Of a stretch of DNA of 64,000 bases, positions 1-13,146 are shown piece by piece. Each line of letters starts with the position of its first letter. Position 1 is the stretch's first letter. Origin of the DNA: Octopus sinensis (taxonomy: Eukaryota); the NCBI RefSeq assembly GCF_006345805.1, contig NW_021836148.1, forward strand, positions 99,128 through 163,127. The letters run 5' to 3'. The notes below the pieces were generated by a model. That model was not told the DNA's origin and made no database searches. It saw only the letters and a program-made list of their open reading frames with translations. The position numbers and the translations under genes are program-made.

Positions 1-289
1 GAAAACAGCACTACTCAAGGAAATATCAGCTTTGTGATAATGCACCAGAAATTACGGAACATTTTCAATTAATTAGTCAGGTGCTTGTTGGCATACTCAT
101 TAATTTACCAAGCCTACCCAAAATGATGTGATTTGTGTGGCTGGTGTGCAGTTCAAACATTTCTAAGTTAATATTGGCATGCATAAGAAATGTTGGGAGG
201 GATCCTAGGATCTGATTGAAATGTTTGGATTTCAGTGAATTCTACAGAATGTATGCCAGGACACACATAATGATGATGTTAATCCAAGA

Positions 290-520
290 AGGCGGCGAGC
301 TGGCAGAACCGTTAGCACGGCGGGCGAATGTGTAGCCGTATTTCGTCTGCAGCTACGTTCTGAGTTCAAATTCCGCCGAGGTCGACTTTCCCTTTCATCC
401 TTTCGGGGTCGATTAAATAAGTATCAGTTACGCACTGGGGTCGATATAATTGACTTAATCCCTTTGTCTGTCCTTGTTTGTCCCCTCTATGTTTAGCCCC
501 CTGTGGGCAATAAAGAAATA
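290..520 (+). mobile_element. SINE family A, full-length copy with 15-bp TSD
   Basis: Head GGCGGCGAGCTGGCAGAA with B-box-like GAGTTCAAATTCC, body CCTTTCATCCTTTCGGGGTCGA and tail AATAAAGAAATA. Direct repeat GATGTTAATCCAAGA at 275-289 and 521-535. Many copies in the window. Confidence 0.92.
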
Positions 521-1024
521 GATGTTAATCCAAGATGTGTGTTATGCATCCTCACTCATAGCAAAAAAATAAAAATGAGAAAAAGTCTGCACAAGAAAAA
601 TTATCCAAATGGAATAGAAATATAAGGGAATTCTAATGAAAAGCAGAATGAGACTGAAGTTCTACTGTCTAAAAAGATAGCAAGACTTTGCTTTTACCTT
701 TTGTTTTTAACAGGCTAAATTCTAGCTTGAGCGTTGAATATGAAAAAGAAATATGTCATGTGATTTGCTGATGCAAAATGCTTGTTTGTGAAGAAATACG
801 TAAATCAGATGTAATTTACTCCATCATTGGTTCATATTGATACAGTTTCATATTGATACTCTCATAAACTGCAGACAGGATAAACAGGAATCTTGTTCTT
901 TGCTACTCTGAGATTTTTCTTTCTTCAGTTCGTTTTCACTTTCTACCTTTTAGTCTATATTTTACAGTCGTTATTGCCATTCTATAATTTCATTTCTCTT
1001 CAACACACACACACACACACATCT

Positions 1025-1890
1025 GGGGATGTTGATTAAAATTTAAATTTAAATTCACATTACTAAGGACTGAGGGTTTAGTGAGATATATTAGGAAAGG
1101 AATGTTGGAGCTTGTGTAAGCAACCAGGAAAATTTATGCTGAAATACTGAGGCTGGTAGAGTTTACAAAGTTAAAAACAAAATGGAATGTAAGAAAGTAA
1201 AAGTGTTGTATGGTAAGTTTATCTTGTAAATAGAAATCATAGAAAGAGAAAATATGGTACTTGACTGAAAGATGGAGAACTAAAGAAAGAAACAAAAAGC
1301 TCTTTACAGCTGGACAAGAACCAGAAGTTAGAATAAACCTTTCTAAAGAAAACTTAATAAAAACCAGAAGAGAGTGTTAGCTTATGGAACATGAGCTGAA
1401 TGAATGAAGCAAGATAGAATGCAAATAAACATGACAGGATATAAGAAAATATACTGGAAAATCCATTGGTTGTCATTGAAAATAACTGTTTTAAAATCTT
1501 ATGAGACTTCTTTAAAACAGCTATCCATGTATTACAGGAACAAAGCCCAAATATACTCAAAATATAATGAAACATCAGTAAGCAAGATCAGAGATTCTGC
1601 TTTCCAATATGATAATAAAAGCAAGCTGAAAGGAAAGGAAGATTGAAAAATATTGCAACTTGATCAGAGAACTGAGAAAACCCTGGAATATGCAAATAAC
1701 AATTATTCATATTTTTATTGGAGTGCTAGGAATGACAGCAGTTAAGAAGAATGTAAGTCAAAACAATTGAATTGCATTTTTCGCTTTTATTTTTTAAGAC
1801 TTCTCTGCTACGTTCTTGAGAGTTGAGAAGAGTTGTCACTAAATCTCAAAGCAAGAAACCATTTATGTAATCAGTGTGAAACTTTATTAC
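1025..1890 (+). mobile_element. Highly decayed 3' part of an R4/Dong-like non-LTR retrotransposon (restriction-like endonuclease region)
   Basis: Fragmentary translations LKDGELKKETK..TAGQE, KIHWLSLK and IEKYCNLIRELRKPWNMQITIIHIFIGVLG resemble R4/Dong C-terminal motifs (LKKETEG..AAQEQ; IHW.L; KY..L..EL..LW...V.VIPVVIGALG). Many stops and frameshifts. Confidence 0.6.
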
Positions 1891-2082
1891 AACAACAACA
1901 GCAGTATCAGCAGCAGTAGCAGTAGCAGCAACAACAATGAAAATAAAAGGCATCGGAGGGGTGATGCATACCCTGCATGGAGGTAAAATTTCTTTTTTTA
2001 TTATTACCATCATAGGTATTTTTACTCCGGTGAAATTAAGAAATCAACTGGTAAATAAACGAAACACTTGAATCCATCATTG

Positions 2083-2129
2083 TACACACACACACGCATG
2101 TGCACACACACACACGCACACACACACAC

Positions 2130-2162
<33 letters not shown>
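2083..2162. repeat. (CA)n microsatellite
   Basis: Directly visible. Confidence 0.95.
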
Positions 2163-2598
2163 GTCGTATATCTATGTATGTTTTTTATGTATGTTTGAAG
2201 ATAGTCAAACCAAATTTTCATCATTTCAAGCCACTCACCCAATGAGTATTTCTGCCAAATGTGGTAAAATCCGTTCGGCTGATTTCCAGTAATTTTACAA
2301 ACACACAGGCAAACAAACAAAGATGAGTGGTTACAACAGCCTGCTTTTGCTTATGCGTGCAGGGTAACAATAATAATAACGATAATAATAAGCTCAAGCA
2401 TGATTGTGTCAGTAACAGAGTGCATTGGGATGTAACCTGAATGTATAGATTCAGTACCAAAATCTCTAATTGGGAACTTTATATACATTTATACTATGTA
2501 CTGCATCATCAACCTATGAACAGGTACATATCACACCAACTCTGCGTGCCTCCTTCTCACATCTCTCTTAAAGACTAGACATATACTTTTATATGATA

Positions 2599-3888
2599 CG
2601 AGGGACGTTCAATAAGTAATGCCTCTGACCCACTTGCAGTTGTTTGATCTAGCTGAAATTTTGCATGTGCAATTATTTATATCTCTATAGAGTAAGTGGC
2701 AAATTACAGTTCTGAATTAATTGTGGTTTCTGATTTACAGGTGTTTGAACCGAGTCAAGTGTGAAATGGAGCCTGTTGAGTGTCGAGCAGTGATCTGGTT
2801 TTTGTATTTGAAAGGACGCACACTACGGGAGACTTTTGATAAAATGAAAGTAACTTATGGTGATGATGCCCCATCATATGACCTTGTAAAACGCTGGCAT
2901 CGTGAATTCAAACATGGTCGGAACTCTGTGGAAACAGCTCCCAGATCTGGTCGCCCCTTCTGCCATTGATGAGGCATCTGTCCGTCAAGTTGAGGCTGCC
3001 ATTTTGGAAGATCGACGCATAATTATTTGCCAAATAGCCCATGAGGTCAAGATTAGTACCGGGTCTGTGGAAACTATCATTCATGACCATTTGCATATGC
3101 AAAAGGTGTCTGCCAGATGGATTCCCAGGCTGCTCACGCCTTTCCAGAAGCAAGAACGCGTCGAGTGCTCGAGGGTGAATTTGGAGATGTGCCAAGAAGA
3201 TGAGTCAAAATTTTTCAAAAGACTGATTACACAGGATGAAACCTGGGTCCATCACGATGATCCAGAGACCAAAGCCCAGTCAATGCAGTGGAAGCACCGT
3301 GACTCACCCCCTCCAAAGAAGGCAAGGGTGCAGCCCTCCGCTGGCAAGGTCATGCTCACAGTCTTCTGGGACCAGGACGGAGTAGTGATGACAGATTTCC
3401 TGGCAAAGGGTACCACAATTGCAGGAGCCTATTATGCTTCACTTTTGAAGAAATTAAGAGAAGTTATCAAAATCAAGAGGCGGGGCAAGATCAGCAAATG
3501 CATCCTCCTCCTGCAGGACAACGCTCCGGTCCACAACTCGCTTGTCGCCATATCAGAAGCACAGGCGTATGGCTATGAACTCCTCCCCCATCCCCCTACT
3601 TTCCTTACTTTGCACCCTCTGATTTTCACCTCTTCCCAGTCATGAAGTTGTTTTTGAAAGGAAAGCGTTTCCCAGATGATGCAGCCTTGATTTCTGAAGT
3701 CACGTTCAGGTTGGAGGACCAAGCTGGGGTCTTCTACAAAAACGGTCTCCAGAGCTGCATCAAACAATGGGAGAAATGCGTAACTCTGGGTGGTTCCTAT
3801 GTAGAAAAAGACTAATAACTGTGCCAAGTTTCGTTGCTCTACTGCTATGGGAAGTGGGTCAGGGACATTATTTATTGAACGCCCCTCG
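2599..3888 (+). mobile_element. Full-length mariner DNA transposon (about 1290 bp, irritans-like)
   Basis: Imperfect ~37-bp TIRs: CGAGGGACGTTCAATAAGTAATGCCTCTGACCCACTT and the reverse complement of the right end, CGAGGGGCGTTCAATAAATAATGTCCCTGACCCACTT. TA duplications at 2597-2598 and 3889-3890. Transposase inside. Confidence 0.95.
2766..3815 (+). pseudogene. Mariner DD34D transposase pseudogene (two frameshifts)
   Basis: MEPVECRAVIWFL...RSGRP, frameshift near 2958, then SARWIPRLL, ITQDETW and QDNAPVH, frameshift near 3597, then YFPYFAPSDFHLF...GGSYVEKD*. I counted 34 residues between the second and third catalytic D after repair. Confidence 0.93.
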
Positions 3889-4691
3889 TATGACCCAGTC
3901 AAGTGAACACATTTCCTGCTAGAAGTTGTAGATTCCTCCTTTAAGAGTTAAAACAATCTTTCCCTATTATTCACAGCATAAAGATATGTTATTCCTTCCT
4001 GTCTGTCCTTCAAGGAGGTATTGTCTTTTGTCACATTCTATTCTTCAAACATGCAAAATTTCTCTATTTCCTGGAGCTGGTTCTAGAAGCTCATCATAAT
4101 CTACAAAGTTTGCAAAAGCTGAAATACTGTTGTTCATGATACTGTTACCATTCACACAGTTTTGCAGCTTAATTTTTGTTTAACCTAATGTTTTTAGCAT
4201 CAATCTTTTTTATGTTAACTCTCGTTGAACATAAGTGTTTATGCTGGAGGCTGTGTTTGTATAATTTTCAGACTGATTTTTTTTTTTAAACTTTCATCAG
4301 TATTTGGAAATAATTAGTGGAGTATTTGTGTATGTTATTGTCACTACTACACCTTAGCTATAGCAAGTTCTTTTAGTGACTTCTGAAGCCATTTTGAACT
4401 CTAAGTAACAATAGAAAAAACTACTGGGCAAAAATATATACACAGTTAAAATCGATGTTTTGACAAACAATTTTAAAACCGTGTTAATGAGGTGAACTTT
4501 CCAATGTTTTGACATCTTTTGTATTTGTCAAATTGTAGTTGACTGTGTTTATAAATGAATCTGTTTAATTTAAATGAATCTGTTTAATTCTAACTTTTTT
4601 CTGTTTATCATTCTAAAATCTGTTTTTGTGTTCTAAACTTTGAGGTATGTATTCACTGCTGTCACCATGAGATGGCTATACCGAACCACTA

Positions 4692-4917
4692 TAAGCTGGT
4701 AGAAACGTTAGCATTCCGGGCGAAATGCGTAGCCGTATTTCGTCTGCCATTACGTTCTGAGTTCAAATTCCACCGAGGTCGACTTTGCCTTTCATCTTTT
4801 CGGGGTCGATAAATTAAGTACCAGTTACACACTGGGGTCGACGCAATCGACTTAATCCCTTTGTCTATCCTTGTTTGTTCCCTCTGTGTTTAGCCGCTTG
4901 TGGGTAGTAAAGAAATA
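4692..4917 (+). mobile_element. SINE family A
   Basis: Matches the 290-520 copy. Degenerate TSD TATACCGAACCACTAT / TATACTGAGCCACTAT. Confidence 0.9.
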
Positions 4918-5244
4918 TATACTGAGCCACTATTAAACTAATACAAGAAGTAAAGGTCTTCTAAGAGGAATGCTGTGAATCCTAGCCATGTCACAGAGCC
5001 CTAAAAATTGAGTGTTCAGAGGGGCCCATCAGCTTATATATATGGAAAACATGGAATGATGGAACACCTAAGTTACACAGAATTTGGTTCAGCAAACAAC
5101 ACAAAAGCAACAGTAATAACAATATTAATGCTTTCTGATGTTAGCACAAGGTCAGCAATTTTTATGCCATTCTGTGTGACCGGTACTTTATTAATAGTGA
5201 TGATGATCTTGACGATGATGATGGTGGTGGTGGAAATAATCATT

Positions 5245-5724
5245 CTTTCTAACTTTAGGATAAAGCCAGCAAGTTCAAGGGAAGAGGATGTCAATTGCAT
5301 CGACCCCAGTACTGAACTGGTATTTATCTATTCAACCCCGAAAGGATGGAAAGCGAAGTTGACCCAGGCAAACATAAACTCAGATTGTAAAGAGTTGGAA
5401 GAAATGCAGTTAAGCATTGTCTCTGACATGCTAAAGATTCTGGCAGCTTTGTCAACTTAGATGATTTCAAATTTGGACCCAAGGGCGAGTGGTATAGTTG
5501 GTTACATTGATTCCAGTATGTGACTAGTATTATATTTTATCGACCTCAAAAAAATGAACGCAAAAGCTTTCCTGATGGAAACTGAACTCAGAATGTAATG
5601 AGCCGTAAGATATATTGATAAGCATTTTGACCAACACACTGCCAGCTCACTGCTTTACAACAACAAGAACTACTACCACCCCCACCACCACTACTACTAC
5701 TACTACCACCACCACCACTACTGC

Positions 5725-5755
<31 letters not shown>

Positions 5756-5900
5756 CCACCACCACTACTACTACAATAGTAATATTTCTATAATAGCCTA
5801 AAGGACTAAAATTTTGGAGGAGCTGACTAATCAGTTATGACGATCCCAGTACTCAGGTGGTACTTATTTTATCAACCCTACAGCAATGAATAATGGAGTG
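5245..5900 (-). mobile_element. Three old, diverged family-A-related SINE copies (about 5245-5459, 5465-5655, 5785-5900) with an intervening (CTA/CCA)n tract
   Basis: Recurrent reverse-strand motifs GACCCCAGTACT..CTGGTA and GAACTCAGAATGTAA. Confidence 0.7.
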
Positions 5901-5949
5901 CACCAGAACAGCAAGAACCCAAACAATAACGTATCTATTCCTTCTTAAT

Positions 5950-6887
5950 ACTTTCTGGTAGATTCAAAAGCGATTATATGATTACTGTTATTTTCAGTTA
6001 TCGAAGAACATTTCTTCCCTTTGATTATGTGAGTTTATAACACTCTTCACCAGTGTAAGAGGACTTTGAGATACCACGATGTTTTGGCCTTGTTGCAGAT
6101 CTCCTCAAAGCTACAACACTGGATCTATGAATCTGCCAAGAGCCCGACGTCTTGTTTATAGAAAACAGCAAGCAAATTATTGCTGATGAGTGTTGATAGC
6201 TGCCAAATAGATAGTAATTTATAGGGAGCACACAAAACTGTGAGAATCCCAACAGAAATTTATTTGTTCTAACACATTCTTACAGATGCGAACGTAAATA
6301 TCTGAACACTGCAGTATTTCGTCATCGGGAACCCCCTCCTTCCTTTAGACGATGTTTGTTCATAAAATTCTAGATCACAATTCTAGATCGACTAGATAGA
6401 TTCTATGAAAGAGTCATACATCTAGGTTGAAACATCATGGTGTTTTAAATTCCTTTTATGCTGGCAAATTGCAACTGTTATGAACAAACATCGACTAAAA
6501 AAATGGAGGTTTTCTCCGATGATGGAAAGAAAAACAGCCATCAGAAAAATGGAATTGCTTCAGCAAGTCTATCAATTATTCCCACAAAATTTAAACGTGC
6601 AACTAATATGCCATTCTAGTTCTCCATAGATACCAATGAAAATATCTTTCTAGATATTTAAACAAATCCGATTGCCTTTTCGCGAATGATGCATAAATGG
6701 CTCTTGGTCTGAAAGCACTGTGTCTACTTCTACTTACAAGTCTGGGATGTTATCTGAATCAATGACAAAGGTTCATACCAAGAAATCCCGATCACTACAT
6801 TACGGTCACTTTGCTCAAACTTCCTTGTAATTGCTCATAAAGGGCACCAGTGATTGCAAGTCGAAAGTTTTGGTTTCTCAGATGGCC
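5950..6887 (-). mobile_element. Possible ancient RTE-type LINE RT remnant
   Basis: Minus-strand fragments in the expected order: DRNVVIGISW (~DCNNYRGISL), GFSQFCVLP (~GVKQGCVLAP), ALRRSATRPKH..SYTGE (~NLRRLQAKTK..LYADD). Very degenerate. Confidence 0.35.
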
Positions 6888-6894
6888 ACCACAT

Positions 6895-7795
6895 CTATGT
6901 CTATGTTTTGCCGACGATATCAAACTGGTCGCTCCTCGCGGTAATATAGAGGATCTTCGTCGATGCCTCCACCAAATTTGGAAGTGGTCTAACGATTGGG
7001 ACCTGTGTCTGAACGTGTCAAAGTGCTTTCATCTGCCTGTCGGCTCTACTCCTGCAACTCAACTTGATTTCGAGCCGGGTCGTCTGCTGCTGGAGAGGAC
7101 CGATCAGGTAAAGGACCTGGGTATCTTGGTGGATTCCTCCTTTTCGCCTTCGGCCCAGTGCGTCCATGCTGCCAACAAAGCACGCGGAATTCTGTTCTTG
7201 ATTCGACGGTCATTCGGAATGCTCACAGCAGCCATATTCCTACCACTCTATGTCACGCTGGTGAGACCCATATTGGAGTATGGGATTCAAGCCTCTTCTC
7301 CTTATCTCCTCAAAGACATACAGCATCTCGAAAGAGTCCAGAAGCTGGCTACCCGCATGGTTCATGGTCTCAAAAATTTGTCCTACGAAGAAAGCTGAGG
7401 ACGCTCGACCTTTATTCTCTTGAAAAACGCCGCCGCCGTGGTGATCTCATTCTCGCCCACACATCATAAGCGGAAAGTGTAACCTCTCGAAAGAGCTGTT
7501 CTTCACTCCTGCTCCAGAGCGTCGGCTGCGGGGTCATTCCGAAAAGCTCTACCTGCGACGATTTCATCTCAATCGAAGGAGAGGAGCTTTCTCCGTCCGG
7601 GTTGCGGATCCGTGGAACAAGCTGCCAGACGGGATGGTGAAGATGCCGACGACCGCTTTGTTCAAAGCCTCCCTGGACCTCAAGTGGTCTGAACTCTTTA
7701 CATGAACACCACCCTGTACTTAAGTCCATGTCCCCCTACATGGCCTTGCTATTTGCTTTTGAGCCAAATTAACTAACTAACTAACTAACTAACTA
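6895..7795 (+). mobile_element. 5'-truncated CR1/L2-group LINE (RT C-terminus, 3' UTR, (TAAC)n tail)
   Basis: FADDIKL, VKDLGILVD, LVRPILEYG, LERVQKLATR and YSLEKRRRRGDLI motifs with frameshifts. (AACT)n tail at 7770-7795. TSD ACCACAT at 6888-6894 and 7796-7802. Confidence 0.92.
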
Positions 7796-9262
7796 ACCAC
7801 ATTTCGTCTCATCCTTTTTTCCATCTGAGAACTGTGTAGACAAGTAATTATCTGTGTGCTGTTATTGACGTTTTTGTTATTTCATTTGTTTTGGTTATGT
7901 TTGTTGCTGTTACGATTGCAGGTGTGGTGGTTGGTGTTTATAATTTGATGGGGATTTTTTTTTTTTTTGTGATTTCAAAGTCGCCTGTACTTTTTCATGT
8001 AGTTGCATTTGCTTTCGTTGTTACTTTCCTTTCTTTTATTGCAGTTGTTTTGATGCTTTAGATTTATCTCTTTGTTTATGGAAATTGTGAAAACATTATG
8101 TAGAATCTTCATCCTGATATTATTTAAGGCGGTTTGAAAAACGAGTACTTACTTGCTTACCCCTTGTTGTTTGAATGATTCGAGAAATAACACATACATT
8201 ACACACAATCGCTTTTTTTTAAAAAATGGGCGGATTTGATAACTGACATTGTTTAAATTGCGAATAAATGACTACATGAAGTCATTTTTAATAACGTAAA
8301 CACATAAAACAGGGACTCACAAATAATATAAAATGAACCAACGTAAATCAAAACCAATGCAATACAATACAGCAATCAGGATCAACAATACAACCTTCAC
8401 TAAAATTATATCAAACCACCAAGAGTTTATTAGGAAATTCAGAGTCCGTATCTTTCAACAGAAAGATCAGATGTGCTGTCCTCTGAAAATATTTAACCAA
8501 CAACTTAAAGAACTGCTTAACACTACTAGTGTCTTTCAAAATAGAATAGAGTTAAAAAAGAAACAATGGACCGAGGATCTAGTATCTAAGCCTCTATTTG
8601 GTCTTTCGAGTTACTAGAAACAGCAGCCAAATTTCTCGACAATTACACTTAACCATCTTTGAAAAAGAAGAGTATATGAGGCATCAAGTTCTCAAGCAAC
8701 AATGTCTAAAAGAAGATGGATAATCATGGATGGAATGACTTAAGCGATAAATATGCATATTCAGCACTGATCAGTGCTAAAATAACAAAAAAAAAAAAGA
8801 ATCTAAAATATAGTTGAGATATACTTCACAATCATACACAAACGGCATAAAAAAGTATGTCAGACGAAATTTATATTTGCAACACATTAACAAATTTATA
8901 TATATTTAAAATAAACAATAATAGGAATAAAGTAGCTCATAAGAAGAACACCCACTGAAAATACCACAAAAGAACTGATCATGCACAGAAAAGATAAACT
9001 TCTACAAACCAATGAAAGCTCGTTAAATGAAAACACAGCATGCAAAACACCTGAGCATTCACAACACAATGAAAATAAAAGAGCAAAAATTGGTACATAT
9101 AGCAGATGATTTCGCAAACCACAGTGAAAAATAGCATAGCAGAACCAAATATGCACGGAAATGACAAAATATACACTGACAAAAGAAAGACTGTCACACT
9201 AGTACATTTAAAAACCAAAATTGTGGCTCAAAAACAACGAAAGCTTCTATGACAACAGCATA

Positions 9263-9381
9263 GGTGAAGGCGTAATGGTCCAGTGGTTAGGGCAGCGGAC
9301 TCGCGGTCGTAAGAACGCGGTTTCGATTCCCAGACCGGGCATTGTGAGTGTTTATTGAGCAATAACACATAAGCTCCACGA
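9263..9381 (+). mobile_element. SINE family C head only (tRNA-derived), abutting an antisense LINE
   Basis: A box TGGTCCAGTGGTTAGG and B box GGTTTCGATTCCC. Matches the heads at 29240 and 28701. The 3' body is missing. Confidence 0.88.
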
Positions 9382-10460
9382 CTTTGTAAACATGTCCACG
9401 GGTGTTAGACAGGTGGAGTTTGAAAAGGTGCTCAGAGTTATTGTTAGTGAGATGGTTAATAATTATATGGGTGTCTGCCAAGTCAGTTGCCAGACGTCGG
9501 ATTTTCAATGTATCCATGCCCAGGGAAGTAAGGCGTTCAGAATATAGCAAATGGATGGAGGGTATTCTCTTGGTTGCATGTCGCTGAACGGTTTCCCGAT
9601 GATTAATATCCTGGGTAAGATAGGGGTCCAGACCTGATTGCAATAAAGATCTATAGTGTACAGGATCTCTCCTCTTTATTTCGAGTTACAGCTTGATGTT
9701 ATCTGCATATTTCAGCACTGACGTTTTTTTAAGTTGGCATCTATGTCATTAATATATGCAACAAATAAAAGGGGGCCAAGAAAAGATCCCTGCGGTACAC
9801 CAGATGTCATCTCATAGGGTGGAGAGTGCCGTCCTAGAACTGTGATAACCTCTTTTCGATCGATAATGAAGGACTTCAACCATTTATAGAGATCATCTCT
9901 TATACCCATTGCGGAGAATTTCACCATAAGTCTTTTGTGTGGCACAGAATTAAAAGCCTTAGCAAAGTCCAGGTAAACAACATCCACCCAGGAGCCGCCA
10001 TCAGTGATTCGGGTAATGTCCTCAAGAAATTCGAGCAGCTGGAGTTAGAAATAAATCCAAATTGTGACGGCTGGATGAGGCTGTGAGACTTCCAGAAGTT
10101 CCAGAGGGTTTCTATGACACAGGATTCCATTAGTTTGGTGATGCAGTTAGTAAGACTGACGGGGCGATAGTTGACAGGTGATGTGCTGTCACCGTTTTTG
10201 AACAAAGGGATAACACTGGCAGTTTTCCACTGCTCTGGAGTAACATCGTTGTCAAAACAGAAGTGAAAGAATAATTTGGTTCAGAAGAAAGTACCCACCA
10301 CGTTTGAGAAGTAGGTAGGTAACACCATCGAAACCAGGAGAGGCATAGTTACGTTTATTCCTAAGGTGACGTTGTAGCATTGCTGGCGTAAATTTCATAG
10401 TAGTTATAGAGTCCGGTGTCAGAAGTGATGGAGATGGAACATTTTGATATTCAACAGTAT
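9382..10460 (-). mobile_element. Decayed CR1/L2-group LINE reverse transcriptase region
   Basis: SPGFDGV, NYRPVSLT, QFGF, DVVYLDFAKAFNSVPH, GVPQGSFLGPLLF, KYADN and ETVQRHATKRIP, spread across frameshifted ORFs 10252-10509, 9921-10205, 9712-9987 and 9287-9643. Confidence 0.92.
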
Positions 10461-11136
10461 GTATGTGTTTATGTGTAAAAGGTTCTTCTTGAATATGCAT
10501 TGCTGTCAAATGCTGTTATAAATTACGTTTTAAAATTTACATCATTATACTTTTAGTAATTTTTTTAGTTCTTTTATTGGTAAAGAAGTTATTCATGTCC
10601 AGGGAGTTGTGGATGTTGAGAATACGCATTGCTTCAGACCCTACTTGTAAGTATTTGTCTTAGTGCTGTGTCGTAACGATATGTAGATCGTTAACGTCTT
10701 GTTATTTATCGAATCACTATGTTTATCTTTTGTATATTGGTACATTACTGACATTGGTTTCCTTTCGTTGCATTCACGCCTTTATACCTCTAGTATGTCG
10801 CCTATACTACGTGCCCTTTCTCCTCTATAAGTTGTGGAAGCGTTTTTACATATATTGCGTACGGCGTACATCGATTGAACATGTGCATGTTCGTAGATAA
10901 ATATTTGTGCTGAGATATGTCACTAAGTGCTACCAACAAACGTGTGTAGATGGTAAAATGAATGGTTAGAAATAGATAGAACGAACAAAATACACACAAA
11001 CATACATGCACATGCATATAGATATAGGTGGCCGTAATGAACCTAAAACCTAATGTCGAAATGTTCAGTACAAGTTCAACACAACAATCCCACATTCACA
11101 CATTCTTTGGTATCCATCGTCACAGACACACATACA

Positions 11137-11531
11137 GGCGCAGGAGTGGCTGTGTGGTAAGTAGCTTGCTTACGAACCACATGGTTCCGGGTTCAGTCCC
11201 ACTGCGTGGCACCTTGGGCAAGTGTCTTCTACTATAGCCTCGGGCTGACCAAAGCCTTGTGAGTGGATTTGGTTGACGGAAACTGAAAGAAGCTCGTCGT
11301 ATATATATATATATGCGTGTGTGTGTTTGCGTGTCTGTGTTTGTCCCCCTAGCATTGCTTGACAACCGATGCTGGTGTGTTTATGTCTCCGTTACTTTGC
11401 GGTTCGGCAAAAAGAGACCGATAGAATAAGTACTGGGCTTACAAAAAGAATAAGTCCCGGGGTCAAGTTGCTCGATTAAAGGCGGTGCTCCAGCATGGCC
11501 GCAGTCAAATGACTGAAACAAGTAAAAGAGT
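11137..11531 (+). mobile_element. SINE family B (tRNA-like head, CORE-like CCTTGGGCAAGT, internal TA/TG microsatellite, GAGTAAAA tail)
   Basis: GGCGCAGGAGTGGCTGTGTGGTAAG ... GGGTTCAGTCCC ... GACTGAAACAAGTAAAAGAG. At least eight copies in the window. Confidence 0.92.
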
Positions 11532-11882
11532 CAGACGAAAAGCAACAACAACAAAAACGCAGACACACACATATACACAATGCAAACATAAATAGCAGAA
11601 CAAAGGTTGAAAATTTCATATACTACAAAGTATAAAGAATAGATATGTAAGACGGGCAAATCCGCATTGTTTGCGACGCAGTTTCTCAAGAAAAGGCTTT
11701 GCCCAACCAAATAAACAATTTCCCTATAATCCACATAACGAACTGATAAAGAAATTGAAACTGATGTTAAACACAACCAGGGCATGTGTTTTTATTTGCA
11801 TTGGGATCTACAAAAAAAGATACATGAACATTTCAGCATACGACTTTAAATTAAGAATATTGCAAAATGGCAAAATAGTACA

Positions 11883-11943
11883 GATAACTGAAGAGATGCC
11901 GGCGTGGGTTTCCACCCCGACATCCGAAACTCGGAGTTTTATC
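11883..11943 (+). ncRNA. Type I hammerhead ribozyme motif with long stem II, in a short repeat (about 11880-12060)
   Basis: GATAA-CTGAAGA-[GATGCCGG CGTGG GTTT CCAC C CCGACATC]-C-GAAACTC-G-GAGT-T^TTATC. Stem I is GATAA/TTATC. A second, rearranged copy lies at 56655-56804. Confidence 0.8.
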
Positions 11944-12325
11944 ATGGCTACCGAATAATTGTCTCATATTATATTTACATAATATTTACAGATAAATTCC
12001 TCTATTTACATAATATCGAGGTCTCTTTCATTCTTTTGTTGTCTTAACATTTTTATCAATATATATACATATGTGTGTGTGTGGGCGCGTGTGTGTGCAT
12101 GTGTGTGTGTGCGCGCGCGCGTGTGTGTAGGTATGTATGTATGTATATATATATATGTATATATTATGTATGTATGTATGCATGCATGCTTGTATGTATG
12201 TATATGTATGTGCATATAAGCAACACATATACGTGCATATATTATTTCCTGTAAGTCTAACTCATATATATATAAATATACATGCGTGTGTGTATGTGTA
12301 TATGTGTATATATGTATATGTGTTT

Positions 12326-12395
<70 letters not shown>

Positions 12396-12998
12396 GCGTG
12401 CATCTGCTCAAGATATTTATTTACCTTTATTTGTACAGAACGAATGAAGATAATTTTTTGACTTCAATTTACTTTCTGTATGAAATTTGGAAGAATGACT
12501 TTGAAAGACACTAATTTTGTATTTATTCAATAGCATTCCAATTGGATTTGCGTTTCAATATCATATCTCTCCTCAGTTCAATTTCAACGTTGTATAACAT
12601 ACGTGTATCCAATAAACCGAGAGTAGTGCTCAGTACTAAATTATGTTAGTATTTACAATATAGCTCTAGTCATCAAAAGCAGACGAATTTAACGGTGAAT
12701 ACAATTTCAAATAATATTCATAATTTCAGTTGCATAGATCTTGTCTGAACTAATTTTTAAAAAATCTAAGTTTGAAATATATGTATTTCCATAGCTAAAA
12801 ATTTATAATTTCCTCTAAGTTTATATTTCAAATTGTACCAACGAGAACTATGACATTCAAACGCAATGAATAGTTAGAAAATAGATTAACAGTATTTTAT
12901 TTCTTTATTTTAAAATTTATTCCTTCAGTATTCGTTAAAAATATATCAGTAGAAAATCTCATCTTCACTGATATATATATAATATATATATATATATG

Positions 12999-13032
<34 letters not shown>

Positions 13033-13146
13033 CTTGCTTCAGTCATTTGACTGTGGTCATGCTGGAACAGCGACTTTTAGTCAAGTAAATCGACACCAGA
13101 ACTTATTCTTTGTAAGCCTAGTACTTTTTTTATCGGTTGCTTTCGC
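13033..13146 (-). mobile_element. SINE family B 3' fragment, fused to the start of a Penelope fragment
   Basis: CAGTCATTTGACTGTGGTCATGCTGGA...GTAAGCCTAGTAC is the reverse complement of the family B tail. Confidence 0.85.

Noticed and set aside
5008-5460. 150-aa ORF with a hydrophobic stretch
   Set aside because: It runs through (GAT/GGT)n simple repeats and an antisense decayed SINE, with no recognisable domain.
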